Counted from the first letter of the stretch, positions 35,731-45,675 are shown. The stretch is 47,954 nucleotides of DNA from Candidatus Binatia bacterium (GCA_041494945.1 JBGQBP010000002.1:1-47954); one strand, 5' to 3'. Program-made: numbers and translations. The notes: a model not told the origin generated them from the sequence alone.

Positions 35731-37170
35731 ATGTCGGCGTTGAGATTCCTGTTGTCCCTGGCGTTCGCTCTGGCGATCGGCGGGTGGCTTCCGTCCGGCA
35801 GTCGGGCCGCGGAGCCGGAGAATCAAACGGAGCCCGGCCCTCAGAAAGCGTTGACCCTCGAGGCGAAGCAAAAAGAGTTAACGGTGGACGATTCCGTCCG
35901 CAACGCGCTGGAAAATCACCCGAGCATAACAGCGGCAAGGGAAAAAGTCGGCGCGCAGACGGCTGTGTTGAGACAGCAGTTCGCGGCCTACTATCCGACT
36001 CTCAGCCTTAACGGCCAGTACCAAACCGGAACTCAGTCCGGAAGCACGAGCGTAGCTCCGGAGGCCTTCGATTCTTTTCAGGCCCAAGCAAGCGTTAACA
36101 TGACCCTCTATAATTTCGGCAAGCGCGAGGGGGCGGTCCAATCGGCACGCGACACGCTGAGTGCAACTCAATATAATCTAAAAACAACTGCCGATACGGT
36201 CGTCCTCGGCGTGAAGCAAGCCTACTATTCCTATCTCCAGGCGATCGCGCTGGTTCGAGTCAGGGAAGAGACGGTTCGGGATCGCGACCTGGTTGTCCGC
36301 CAGGCCCAGGCGTTTTTTGATGTGGGGACAAGGGCGAAGATCGATCTCGTTCGAGCGCAGTCGAACTTGTACAGCGCGCAGTCCGACCTGATCGCGGCGC
36401 AAAACACGATGAGGGTCGCTTGGGCGACGCTTAAAAATGCCATGGGGTTGCCGGATATCCCGGAGCAAGCGGTCGCTTCGATACCGGCGGCTCAGGTCCA
36501 AAACTTTGCTGTGACGACGTTTCCACTCAATCTCGAACAAGCCAGATCTCAGGCGTTCGATATACGGCCGGAGCTGCTAAGCTTCAAAGCGCAGTTGAGA
36601 GCCCAAGACCAGATCACTGCAACCAACCGGAGAGGGCACTTACCGGATATTATATTTGATGCGAATTACGCCCGGAGAAATACGAGTAATCAGGAACACA
36701 CAGCAGTAGTACCGTGTCTTGATCTAGATAACGATTGCAGGAGTACTGTTCATCTAGGTCACTTTGACACTTTTCCGCTTCAACCAAGCTGGCAAGTAAG
36801 GCTCACTTTGAATATCCCCATCTTCGACGGCTTTAGGACCACATATAAGGTCGAGGAGTCGGTGCGCACCTATTACGCGATCCGGGCGGCGGCCGAGCAG
36901 CAAAAACAGCAAGTTGCCTTGGAGGTCGAACAGGGTTATGCTAACGCTGGCAGCGCCCAAGAAAGGATCAAAGCTACGAAAGCTGCGGAACAAGCTGCCA
37001 GAGAAAATCTCGATTTGGCCAACGGCCGTTATCAGGTCGGCGTGGGCTCCATCATCGAAGTGACCGATGCCCAGGCATTGTATGTTACCGCGGAGGTTGA
37101 TTACGTCAACTCTCTTTACAATTATAAAATCGCCGAAGCGCAGCTCTTGAGAGCGGTCGGCACGCCCTAG
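35731..37170 (+). CDS. TolC-family outer membrane efflux protein
   Basis: Signal peptide, ALENHP, YYPTLSL, LNIPIFDG, RYQVGVGSIIEVTDAQ; GAGGAGG RBS. Confidence 0.94.
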   Translation: MSALRFLLSLAFALAIGGWLPSGSRAAEPENQTEPGPQKALTLEAKQKELTVDDSVRNALENHPSITAAREKVGAQTAVLRQQFAAYYPTLSLNGQYQTGTQSGSTSVAPEAFDSFQAQASVNMTLYNFGKREGAVQSARDTLSATQYNLKTTADTVVLGVKQAYYSYLQAIALVRVREETVRDRDLVVRQAQAFFDVGTRAKIDLVRAQSNLYSAQSDLIAAQNTMRVAWATLKNAMGLPDIPEQAVASIPAAQVQNFAVTTFPLNLEQARSQAFDIRPELLSFKAQLRAQDQITATNRRGHLPDIIFDANYARRNTSNQEHTAVVPCLDLDNDCRSTVHLGHFDTFPLQPSWQVRLTLNIPIFDGFRTTYKVEESVRTYYAIRAAAEQQKQQVALEVEQGYANAGSAQERIKATKAAEQAARENLDLANGRYQVGVGSIIEVTDAQALYVTAEVDYVNSLYNYKIAEAQLLRAVGTP

Positions 37171-37210
37171 ATGGAGTCTCAGTTTCGGCGATCATGCGGG
37201 ATAGAAACCT

Positions 37211-38431
37211 ATGAGGCGATACGGTTGGCTGGCAGCGATTCTCATCGTCGTCGGCGCATACGTCGTTTATGGACAAATCACCTCCGGCGCGGGAAAGAAG
37301 CCTGAGACCGGAAGGGGATCCGAGGGCCGGGCGGCGGTTCCCGTTATCGTCGCCCGCGTAAGCCAGAAGAACATGCCCGTGCAACTGGAGGTCGTCGGAT
37401 CCGTGGAAGCCTACTCCACCGTGTCGATACGAACTCAAGTCACCGGCGCGATCACTCAAGTACATTTTAAAGAGGGGCAAGACGTGAAGCAGGGAGACCT
37501 GCTTTTCACGATCGATACGCGGCCGTTTGAAGCCGCGCTCAAGCAGTCCGACGCCAACCTGGCGCGTGACGCGGCCATACTGGCCAATGCGCGCGAGCAG
37601 GCGCGACGCTACGCGGAGCTGGTCAAGAAGCAATACGTCTCCCAGGAACAATACGATCAGGTCAAGACCAATGCCGACGCTCTTGAAGCTTCGGTTGACG
37701 CGGACAAGGCCGCCATTGAAAACGCAAGAGTTCAACTCAGTTACTGCCGCATATTCTCTCCCGTGACCGGACGGACCGGGAGCCTGCTGATCAACGAGGG
37801 TAATCTCGTCAGAACCAACGATGCTGCCGCCCTTGTCACGATCAATCAAGTCAGCCCGATCTATGTGACGTTTACCGTGCCGGAGCAGAACTTGCCGGAG
37901 ATAAAAAACCGGCTGAACGTCGGGAAACTCAGAGTTCAAGCGCTCATCCCGCAGAACGAGGACCGTCCGGAGGAAGGCGACTTGAGCTTCATCGATAATA
38001 CAGTGGACAGGACTACGGGAACGATTAAGCTCAAAGGGACCTTCGCAAATGGGAACCGGCGGCTTTGGCCGGGCCAGTTCGTCAAAGCGGTGCTGAAGCT
38101 GTCGGAACAGCCCGACGCCCTGGTCATTCCCTCGGAGGCCGTCCAGACCGGACAAGACGGACAGCACGTTTTCGTGGTGAAGGATGACTTCGGAGTCGAG
38201 GTTCGACCGGTGGTTATCAGCCGATCGCTTAACGGAGATTCGGTCGTCGTAAAGGGACTCCAGCTCGGAGAAAACGTTGTGACCGACGGCCAGTTCCTGT
38301 TGGGGCCGGGAAGCAAAGTGCAGGTCAAGAACGGTAAAGAGGAAAGTAAAGAGGGAACCAAAGAGGGAACCAAAGAGCAGGTCAAAAGCGGCAAAGAGGG
38401 AGGAAAGCGGAAAAGAGAGGCGGCATCATGA
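37211..38431 (+). CDS. RND periplasmic adaptor (MdtA-like)
   Basis: FKEGQDVKQGDLLFTID, IFSPVTGRTG, DNTVDRTTGTIKLKG, LWPGQFV; C-terminal KEGT repeats. Confidence 0.94.
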   Translation: MRRYGWLAAILIVVGAYVVYGQITSGAGKKPETGRGSEGRAAVPVIVARVSQKNMPVQLEVVGSVEAYSTVSIRTQVTGAITQVHFKEGQDVKQGDLLFTIDTRPFEAALKQSDANLARDAAILANAREQARRYAELVKKQYVSQEQYDQVKTNADALEASVDADKAAIENARVQLSYCRIFSPVTGRTGSLLINEGNLVRTNDAAALVTINQVSPIYVTFTVPEQNLPEIKNRLNVGKLRVQALIPQNEDRPEEGDLSFIDNTVDRTTGTIKLKGTFANGNRRLWPGQFVKAVLKLSEQPDALVIPSEAVQTGQDGQHVFVVKDDFGVEVRPVVISRSLNGDSVVVKGLQLGENVVTDGQFLLGPGSKVQVKNGKEESKEGTKEGTKEQVKSGKEGGKRKREAAS

Positions 38432-41400
38432 ACCTCACCGGCCTTTTTATTCACCGGCCCGTCATGACAACGCTGGTTATGGCGGGAATTTTGATCTTCG
38501 GTATGATGGGGTATCGCGCGCTTCCGGTCGCCGATATGCCGACGGTCGATTTTCCTACGGTCGTCGTATCCGCCAACCTCCCGGGCGCGAGCCCCGAGAC
38601 GATGGCCTCCGGGGTGGCCACGCCGCTGGAAAAACAGTTCTCGACCATAGCCGGACTGGATTCCATGAACTCCATCAGCACCCTCGGCCGGACCCAGATC
38701 ACGCTGCAATTTAATTTGAGCCGAAATATCGACGCGGCCGCGCAGGACGTGCAGGCGCAGATCGCGCGGACTTTGCGGGACCTTCCGCCCAACATGCCGA
38801 ACCCGCCCGCGTACAGGAAGGTCAATCCGGCCGACGCCTCTATTCTTCAGCTCTCTCTCACATCCGAGACGCTCCCTCTTTCCACCGTCGACGAGTACGC
38901 GCAGAACATTCTCGCGCAGAGAATTTCGATGGTGGCCGGCGTCGCTCAGGTGGACGTCTTCGGAACTCAGAAGTACGCGGTTCGTATTCAGCTTGATCCG
39001 AGCGCACTTGCCTCCCGGCAGATCGGCATCGACGAGATCCTGACCGCCGTGCAGCGAGGCAACGTCGATCTACCTTTAGGGACATTGGATGGCCCGCACC
39101 GCTCCCTCACGCTGAAATCCAACGGCCAACTCACAAAGGCGGAAGACTACCGCCCGCTGGTGGTGACCTACAGGAACGGGTCTCCCGTTCAATTGCGCGA
39201 CGTCGGAAAAGTCCTCGACAGCGTCGAGAACAACCAGATAGCGGCGTGGTACAACAACAAGCCGTCGGTCGTTTTGGCCGTGCAGCGCCAACCGGGAGCC
39301 AACGTCGTCGAGGTCGTGGATGCAGTGAAAAAGCTCCTGCCCGCGCTGCGCGAGTACATTCCTCCCTCCGTCGATCTCGAAGTCTCTTTCGACCGTACGC
39401 TGGCGATTCGCGATTCGATCTGGGACGTCCAGTTTACTTTGGTTCTGACGGTCGCGCTGGTCGTCATGGTCATTTTTCTTTTCTTGCGCAACCTCTCGGC
39501 CACGATCATCCCCAGCCTGGCTTTACCGATGTCGATCATCGGCACTTTCGCCGTGATGTATTTCTTGGGGTACAGTCTCAACAACCTCTCCCTGATGGCG
39601 CTCACGCTTTCGGTCGGCTTCGTCGTCGACGACGCCATCGTCGTGCTTGAAAATATCGTGCGTCACGTCGAGGAAGGCGAAAATGTTTTTGAAGCCGCGG
39701 TCAAGGGCGCCAAAGAAATCGCTTTCACCATTCTCTCCATGACCTTCTCGCTGGTGGCTGCGTTTATTCCGGTGCTTTTCATGTCGGGAATGATCGGCCG
39801 GTTATTGCGTGAGTTCGCCGTCACGATCTGCGTCGCGATCCTGGTTTCCGGCTTCGTTTCGCTGAGTCTAACGCCGATGCTTTGCAGCCGCTTTCTGAAA
39901 CCTGCCGGAGCGGAAAGACACGGCCGTTTTTATGTGATCGTGGGCCGATTCTTCGACTCCATGCTGAGCTTCTACGACTGGACGCTCCAGTGGGCCTTGA
40001 GGCATCGCTTGGTTACGATGGTGGTTTCGCTCCTCCTCGTGGTGGGGACGTTCCATCTCTTCACGACGATTCCTAAAGGCTTCGTGCCCAGCGAGGATAC
40101 CGGTCAGGTCATTATCAACAGCGAAGCCGCCCAGGGAACTTCGTTCGAAGACATGGTGCGGCTGCAAAAACAACTTGCCGCGATCGTCGCGGAAGATCCG
40201 AACGTGGGCGGCTTCAGGTCGAGCGTCGGCGTGGGCGGACAAGCCTCGACGGGAAACAGCGGGCAGATATTTATTCGCCTCAAGCCCCGATCGGAGCGCG
40301 AGCTTAGCGCGGACGAGATCATCCAGCAGCTTCGTCCGAGGTTGTCCACGGTTCCGGGGGTGCGTGTGTCGTTGCAGAACCCGCCGGTGATTCGCGTGGG
40401 CGCCCGGCTTTCAAGAAGCCAGTACCAGTTTACCTTACAGAGCCCCGACGCGCAGGAGCTTTATCGCTATGCTCCGCTGCTCGAAGAGAAGATGCGCTCC
40501 CGATCTGAATTTCAGGACGTGAACAGCGACCTGCAACTCAAAAATCCGCAGTTGGAAATCGTCGTTGACCGGGACAAGGCCGCAACGCTAGGGACGACCG
40601 CCCAAGGACTCTCGCCGCGGCAGATACAGGAAGCTTTCTACAATGCTTACGGATCGCGGCAGATCTCGACGATCAATACGCCGACCAATCAATATCAGGT
40701 CATCATGGAGCTCGATCCCAAATATGAGAACGATCCCTCCGTGCTGTCGATGCTTTACATCCGGTCCAACACCGGCAACAACACGGCTCAGAGCGCATTG
40801 ACGGCGGGGAACGCGTTGATTCCGTTGAACTCGGTGGCGACCTTGAAGCAAGGCGTCGGGCCGATGTCGGTCAACCATTCCGGACAGCTTCCTTCCGTGA
40901 CGATCGCCTTCAACCTCCGGCCCGGAATAGCCCTCGGCGACGCCTCGAAAATAGTCGATCAGCTGGCGCGCGAGACGCTGCCGGCAACCATCACGACCGG
41001 CTTTCAGGGCACCGCTCAGGAATTCCAGTCGTCGATGCGAAGCATGTGGCTTCTCCTCGCCATGGCCGTTCTGGTCGTTTATCTGGTGCTGGGGATCTTG
41101 TACGAGAGCTTCGTCCATCCCTTGACGATCCTGTCCGGTCTTCCCTCGGCGGCATTGGGAGCGTTGCTTACCTTGAGCATCTTCAATATGGATTTAAACA
41201 TCTATGGCTTTGTCGGAATCATCATGCTGATCGGTATCGTGAAGAAAAACGCGATCATGATGATCGACTTCGCGCTCGAGGGTCAGCGCAAGGAGGGCAA
41301 GACCCCGTACCAGGCGATCTACGAAGGCTGTCTGGTGCGATTTCGGCCGATCATGATGACCACGATGGCCGCCATCATGGGCGCCCTGCCGATCGCGCTC

Positions 41401-41688
41401 GGACACGGCGCAGGCGCCGAATCGCGCCGCCCGCTGGGGCTCGCGGTCGTCGGCGGCTTGCTGGTCTCGCAGCTCTTGACGCTCTATATCACTCCGGTCA
41501 TCTTCCTCTACTTCGAATCGTTTCTGGAGAAAGCGCGCGGGTGGCGGCGGAGTCGGCGCAAGTCCGTCGAGGGCAAGCCGGCTACGGCGGCGGCAGCTCC
41601 GTCGTGGGAGCCGCAAGCTCCGGCTACGCCGGGCGGGGGGCCGTCGTTCTGGTCTTCGTTTAGAAAATTCGGTGCGTGGAGAAAATGA
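38428..41688 (+). CDS. RND efflux permease (MdtB/MdtC-like)
   Basis: FIHRPVMTTL, PGASPETMAS.VATPLE, VDDAIVVLENI, VKKNAIMMIDFA, RFRPIMMTT. Confidence 0.96.
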   Translation: MNLTGLFIHRPVMTTLVMAGILIFGMMGYRALPVADMPTVDFPTVVVSANLPGASPETMASGVATPLEKQFSTIAGLDSMNSISTLGRTQITLQFNLSRNIDAAAQDVQAQIARTLRDLPPNMPNPPAYRKVNPADASILQLSLTSETLPLSTVDEYAQNILAQRISMVAGVAQVDVFGTQKYAVRIQLDPSALASRQIGIDEILTAVQRGNVDLPLGTLDGPHRSLTLKSNGQLTKAEDYRPLVVTYRNGSPVQLRDVGKVLDSVENNQIAAWYNNKPSVVLAVQRQPGANVVEVVDAVKKLLPALREYIPPSVDLEVSFDRTLAIRDSIWDVQFTLVLTVALVVMVIFLFLRNLSATIIPSLALPMSIIGTFAVMYFLGYSLNNLSLMALTLSVGFVVDDAIVVLENIVRHVEEGENVFEAAVKGAKEIAFTILSMTFSLVAAFIPVLFMSGMIGRLLREFAVTICVAILVSGFVSLSLTPMLCSRFLKPAGAERHGRFYVIVGRFFDSMLSFYDWTLQWALRHRLVTMVVSLLLVVGTFHLFTTIPKGFVPSEDTGQVIINSEAAQGTSFEDMVRLQKQLAAIVAEDPNVGGFRSSVGVGGQASTGNSGQIFIRLKPRSERELSADEIIQQLRPRLSTVPGVRVSLQNPPVIRVGARLSRSQYQFTLQSPDAQELYRYAPLLEEKMRSRSEFQDVNSDLQLKNPQLEIVVDRDKAATLGTTAQGLSPRQIQEAFYNAYGSRQISTINTPTNQYQVIMELDPKYENDPSVLSMLYIRSNTGNNTAQSALTAGNALIPLNSVATLKQGVGPMSVNHSGQLPSVTIAFNLRPGIALGDASKIVDQLARETLPATITTGFQGTAQEFQSSMRSMWLLLAMAVLVVYLVLGILYESFVHPLTILSGLPSAALGALLTLSIFNMDLNIYGFVGIIMLIGIVKKNAIMMIDFALEGQRKEGKTPYQAIYEGCLVRFRPIMMTTMAAIMGALPIALGHGAGAESRRPLGLAVVGGLLVSQLLTLYITPVIFLYFESFLEKARGWRRSRRKSVEGKPATAAAAPSWEPQAPATPGGGPSFWSSFRKFGAWRK

Positions 41689-41696
41689 GTCGGTTT

Positions 41697-41785
41697 ATTG
41701 CAAAATGCAGATTGCAAAATGAAAAATGCAAAATGAGGTGAAGATTCGTCCTTCCGTTTTGAAATTTGCAATTTTCAATTTGATA
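41697..41785. repeat. AT-rich heptamer-based imperfect inverted repeat element, copy 2
   Basis: ATTGCAAAATGCAGATTGCAAAATGAAAAATGCAAAATGA ... TTTTGAAATTTGCAATTTTCAATTTGATAT between convergent genes; similar to 19210-19306. Confidence 0.75.
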
Positions 41786-41810
41786 TGGCGCTCTACGCTA
41801 CGAGCGCGGT

Positions 41811-43802
41811 CTACCAGCTAAACGGATTTAGAATCTTGCCGATTCTGTCGGCGTCTTCTTTGAGTTGCTCCAGAACGCTCTTGTTCTCATCTACGTATTC
41901 TTCTTCCGGGTCACTCGACTTTGGTTTTGCAGCGGTCTTCGTCTCGGCGGGCTTTTCCTTTACGGGTTGAGGCGGACCTTTTACCGCCAGTTCGGGCAGC
42001 GATTGCGCCGGCGGCGGTGTCGGAGGGCTGGACAAGGTGGTTTCTTCGATCGATTCGGATTTTGCCGGCTCCGCGGGCGCCGTCGATTTCTCCTGAGACT
42101 GGAATTCCTTCGGCTGGAGAAACAACGGACTTTTTTCCGTGCTCAATCTCGGCTCGAGCTGAATCGTTTCAGCGGGCTTCGGACGCGAGACCACCGGTGT
42201 CTTGGATGACCCTTGGATCTTTTGATTCTCGGTCTTGATTTTGTCTTCCGCTTTAGCCGGGTCGATTCCCTCACGCTTTAACTTCTGGTCGATATTGGAA
42301 AGCAGCGCGCGGGTATCCGGCGCCTGGGTAGAGGCCTTGGAGCGCGCCGTGGCCGTCTCGGCTTTTTCGTCGAACGGAACTTTTAGCGCCGGGGCGGCCT
42401 CGGGCGGAGCGGGAAGGTCGCTTATGTTTTTACCTTTTTTCTCAAGCTTGCTGTCGATTGAGCCGAGCGTGGCTGTCGGGTTCGCGGTTGGCGGCGGGGG
42501 AGCTTCTTTTTCATGAGGCAGGTCTGCCGCGGGCGGTTTGAGTTCCTGCTTCGCGTCGATTCCGCGTTGCTTCAGCGAGTCGTCGATGCCGCCAACCAGT
42601 TGGGGATTTTTTGCCGATGCCGTCTTGGCTGCTTCCTGCTTCTTGCCGAAAGGCCACAACGAAGAGAAAAAGCCGCCGGATTGCTCGTTCTTGTTTCCGG
42701 TATTTGCAGCGGCAGCCTTGCTCGCGCTCTGGTCCTTTTTCTCGACTTCATTGGACGGCGCCGGAGACGATGAGGAGAATGGGTTTATTTTATCGACCAC
42801 GCGGCTCAAGACCCCTTTTTCGTCTCCCGGCTTTTCATCGACGACTTCCGTTTTCGCCACCAGATTTAGCGGCGGCTTCGCTTCGCCGGCCTGCTGTTTG
42901 TTTTCCGCCGCGGCAGGCCCTGCCGCTCTTCCCTCGGGCTTGAGCAGGACCGCAAGCGGATCGCGTTTTTCCTGAGCCAATTGGCTCAATTCGGCCTGAG
43001 CGGTTTTGGCCAGAGGGTGGTTGGGATAGTGTTGGACCAGCGCCTCATAAGCCAGAGACGCTTTTAGGTTGTTCTTCTCCAGCCGGTAACTTTCTCCCAG
43101 GTTATAGAGGGCCTTGGGCGCGGTCGGGGTGTCCTTATAGTGGCGCAGAATTTCTTCAAAGCGATCCCGTGCCGCCGGGTATTTCTTCTCCCGCATGTAG
43201 AACGATGCAATGTCAAATTCATGCTCGGCAAGGTACTCTAGGCACTGCGCCAGCTTTTCCTTGGATTTTACAGCGTAAGGCGACTGGGGATAGTTGTTGA
43301 CGACCCGCTCAAAGTAGCCCTTGGCGATCTCGGTCACCTTTTGGTCCCGGTCAACGGATGAGAATTGGTCGAAATGCGCCATGCCGGAGATATACAGGGC
43401 GTACGGAATGTTCTCGTTGTTGGGATGCATCGCTTGAAATTCTTTGAGCGTTTCCACCGCCTCTGGATATTGCTTGTTGAAATAGTAGGCCTCGCCCAGT
43501 TTCATCTCGGCCGATACGATTTCCGGAGCGAATGGATATTCGGACCTCAATTTCTGAAACCGATCGATGGCCGGGACGTATCGTTTATTGTTGAAAAACG
43601 CGATGCCTTCCTTGTACAGAGTCTCGGCCGTGGCGTTGGGCTGCGCAGGCTGCGACGACCATGGAAGAGACGGAAGAGACGGAAGAGACGGGAGGGAAGA
43701 ACAACCGGCAGCAAGGAGCGTCAGAGCAAGAAGCAGATTGCGCAGCCCGAAGGGCGCGGCCGATTTTACCGGAGTTTGTTCGTGGTTGGGTCTGTGGAGC
43801 AT
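41811..43802 (-). CDS. bamD: Outer membrane protein assembly factor BamD with long C-terminal extension
   Basis: Lipobox LAAGC, YPFAP, FQAMHPNNENIPYALY, DRDQ, YPQSPY, LAEHEFDIASFY, AARDRF. The start is uncertain (43802, 43871 or 43898). Confidence 0.88.
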   Translation of the reverse strand: MLHRPNHEQTPVKSAAPFGLRNLLLALTLLAAGCSSLPSLPSLPSLPWSSQPAQPNATAETLYKEGIAFFNNKRYVPAIDRFQKLRSEYPFAPEIVSAEMKLGEAYYFNKQYPEAVETLKEFQAMHPNNENIPYALYISGMAHFDQFSSVDRDQKVTEIAKGYFERVVNNYPQSPYAVKSKEKLAQCLEYLAEHEFDIASFYMREKKYPAARDRFEEILRHYKDTPTAPKALYNLGESYRLEKNNLKASLAYEALVQHYPNHPLAKTAQAELSQLAQEKRDPLAVLLKPEGRAAGPAAAENKQQAGEAKPPLNLVAKTEVVDEKPGDEKGVLSRVVDKINPFSSSSPAPSNEVEKKDQSASKAAAANTGNKNEQSGGFFSSLWPFGKKQEAAKTASAKNPQLVGGIDDSLKQRGIDAKQELKPPAADLPHEKEAPPPPTANPTATLGSIDSKLEKKGKNISDLPAPPEAAPALKVPFDEKAETATARSKASTQAPDTRALLSNIDQKLKREGIDPAKAEDKIKTENQKIQGSSKTPVVSRPKPAETIQLEPRLSTEKSPLFLQPKEFQSQEKSTAPAEPAKSESIEETTLSSPPTPPPAQSLPELAVKGPPQPVKEKPAETKTAAKPKSSDPEEEYVDENKSVLEQLKEDADRIGKILNPFSW

Positions 43803-43921
43803 TGCCGTTGTTGTTTCGTTTGGGGTTGTGCCGCCGCGGATTGTAAGCGGGTCTGCAAATTTATTATTCATATTATCGACCGTGCGATATCGAGTCAAGC
43901 ATCGCGCTTCGCTCCTTGATT

Positions 43922-44416
43922 TTATTTTGCCGTTACCCGGAAGTTCGCGTACGTTTCGTTCGAGCGTAGGACGAAAGGCCAGACGGGCGGAAAGATCAGG
44001 TAAGCGGTGGTCTCCAGAAAAGAATAAACCATGTCCCCCGGCGGTCCTTTGTCATCGTGGATGGTGACCTTGTATTCTCCCGGGGGAAGATCGGGCACGC
44101 GAAACTGCAAAATCTTGTCCTCGATCCAAACCAGTTCTTTATCGGGGACATCTCTCCTGTCGGGTTTCAAACCCGTAAGCTTCAGTCGAGGATAGTCCAT
44201 CACTTGCCCGCCGATCTCGACGCGCGGCCAGCCTACCAGATATTCCATCGAGAGGCTTACCACGGTTCCGGGCGTGCCTTCGGTAGGATCGATATGGACG
44301 ATTCTTGGGGCGCAGGCCGCCAGTCCGAGCCAGCCTATCAGGAAAACCGCCCGGACGGTCCAAGTGCCCGCGCTTCCGCCTACGATGGGTCGGCCTCTCA
44401 GGTGAGTATGCTTCAT
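43922..44416 (-). CDS. Hypothetical lipoprotein with IPT/TIG-like domain
   Basis: Lipobox LAAC, PRIVHIDPTEGTPGTVVSL, FRVPDLPPGEYKVTI. The start is uncertain. Confidence 0.65.
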   Translation of the reverse strand: MKHTHLRGRPIVGGSAGTWTVRAVFLIGWLGLAACAPRIVHIDPTEGTPGTVVSLSMEYLVGWPRVEIGGQVMDYPRLKLTGLKPDRRDVPDKELVWIEDKILQFRVPDLPPGEYKVTIHDDKGPPGDMVYSFLETTAYLIFPPVWPFVLRSNETYANFRVTAK

Positions 44417-44506
44417 TTTTACCCAAAAGGATCGTCTTCGGAACACTACACCAGGACCTGGGCGGGAGGCAATCCCGGACCGTTAAAAGAAAATTCAATT
44501 ATCCTC

Positions 44507-44536
44507 TTGACAGGGGGTTTTCGAATAGGATACAAA
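44507..44536 (+). promoter_or_regulatory. Candidate sigma70 promoter for 44647..45648
   Basis: TTGACA at 44507-44512 with an AT-rich upstream tract; weak -10 (TACAAA). Confidence 0.4.
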
Positions 44537-44646
44537 GAGCAAAATTGTTGGGGATTGCCCTGTGGCAAGAGGCAAGAGGAATGTTGGCTGCTTGTTTGAT
44601 TCGAGGCAAAAAAAAGGAATTGTAAGTTTTTAAAGGAGGCATTGTT

Positions 44647-45648
44647 ATGAATAGAATAACGGGTACGTCCATCGGGTCATTTATCCTGGGAGCCGTTCTC
44701 TTGCTTCTTCCAGCTTTCGTAGGAGCGGCGGTAGTGCCGGTATCAGTCCATTGTACTGCCTCGACAACGATAGCGAGTAAGCTCACGGCCGCGGCGGCTA
44801 GTCCTAGTCGGACCCTATTTGTGACGGGCGTCTGTGTGGAAAACGTCACGGTCCGCAACCAGCGGGTGATTATAGATGGCACGGGTGGGGCGACGCTGAA
44901 ACCTCTGGACCCGACGAAGGCTGCGATTACTTTCAGGGGGGGTACGACAGAGGCCACCATTCAAGGGATGACCATTGAGACGGGCGCGAACCCAACCGAC
45001 CCGTCTGCCCCGACTCCAGGCACCTCTTGCAATGCTGATGGCAACACCCTAAAGGGGGGTGACGGCATAGACGTGCGCGACGGCGCCAACGTAAGCATAG
45101 GTCTGGCCGCCGCCTTCGATGTCCCCGCCCATAACGGCACGGGTGGCGCCATTATTCCCGCCACCCCCGACGTCGTCGCAATAGGTAACACGATTAACGT
45201 CCGCGGCGCCGGTAGAGGAATCCGGGTGCGGAACGGAGCCAATGCCACGCTGAGTGCGAATACAATTAATGGTAATAAGTTAACACCCGATGGTCTCACC
45301 CTTGGAACCGCCGCGTGTGGTGGAGCCCTAAATAAGAGTTTTGCGGGGAGCACCGGTATCGATGTCTCATCGGCCGCGATCGCGGCGCTGGGGACCCTGG
45401 TCAATCAAACGGCGGACACAGTGGTGGGAGGGACCAGTATAGATAACCGAAACACTGTCTCCGGACACGACAAAGGCCTCGCTTGCGCGCAGGGCACCGT
45501 CACGGGCCTAAAAGCTCCGACCAGCAATCCCGCGGGCTCGGCTGGAGCCACGCTATTTTCCAGTAATACCACGCCTGGTGTCCCCCTTACAGTTCCAACA
45601 GCAATAACCCAAGCTGGTTACAACAAGGACTGCTTCACGGACGAGTAA
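44647..45648 (+). CDS. Secreted hypothetical protein, probable parallel beta-helix, Gly/Thr/Ala/Asn-rich
   Basis: AAGGAGG RBS, signal peptide, GVCVENVTV, repeated GIDV/GIRV...NTI motifs, several Cys. Confidence 0.75.
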   Translation: MNRITGTSIGSFILGAVLLLLPAFVGAAVVPVSVHCTASTTIASKLTAAAASPSRTLFVTGVCVENVTVRNQRVIIDGTGGATLKPLDPTKAAITFRGGTTEATIQGMTIETGANPTDPSAPTPGTSCNADGNTLKGGDGIDVRDGANVSIGLAAAFDVPAHNGTGGAIIPATPDVVAIGNTINVRGAGRGIRVRNGANATLSANTINGNKLTPDGLTLGTAACGGALNKSFAGSTGIDVSSAAIAALGTLVNQTADTVVGGTSIDNRNTVSGHDKGLACAQGTVTGLKAPTSNPAGSAGATLFSSNTTPGVPLTVPTAITQAGYNKDCFTDE

Positions 45649-45675
45649 GCTCTAAGCTTCCACTCGTATGACCAG

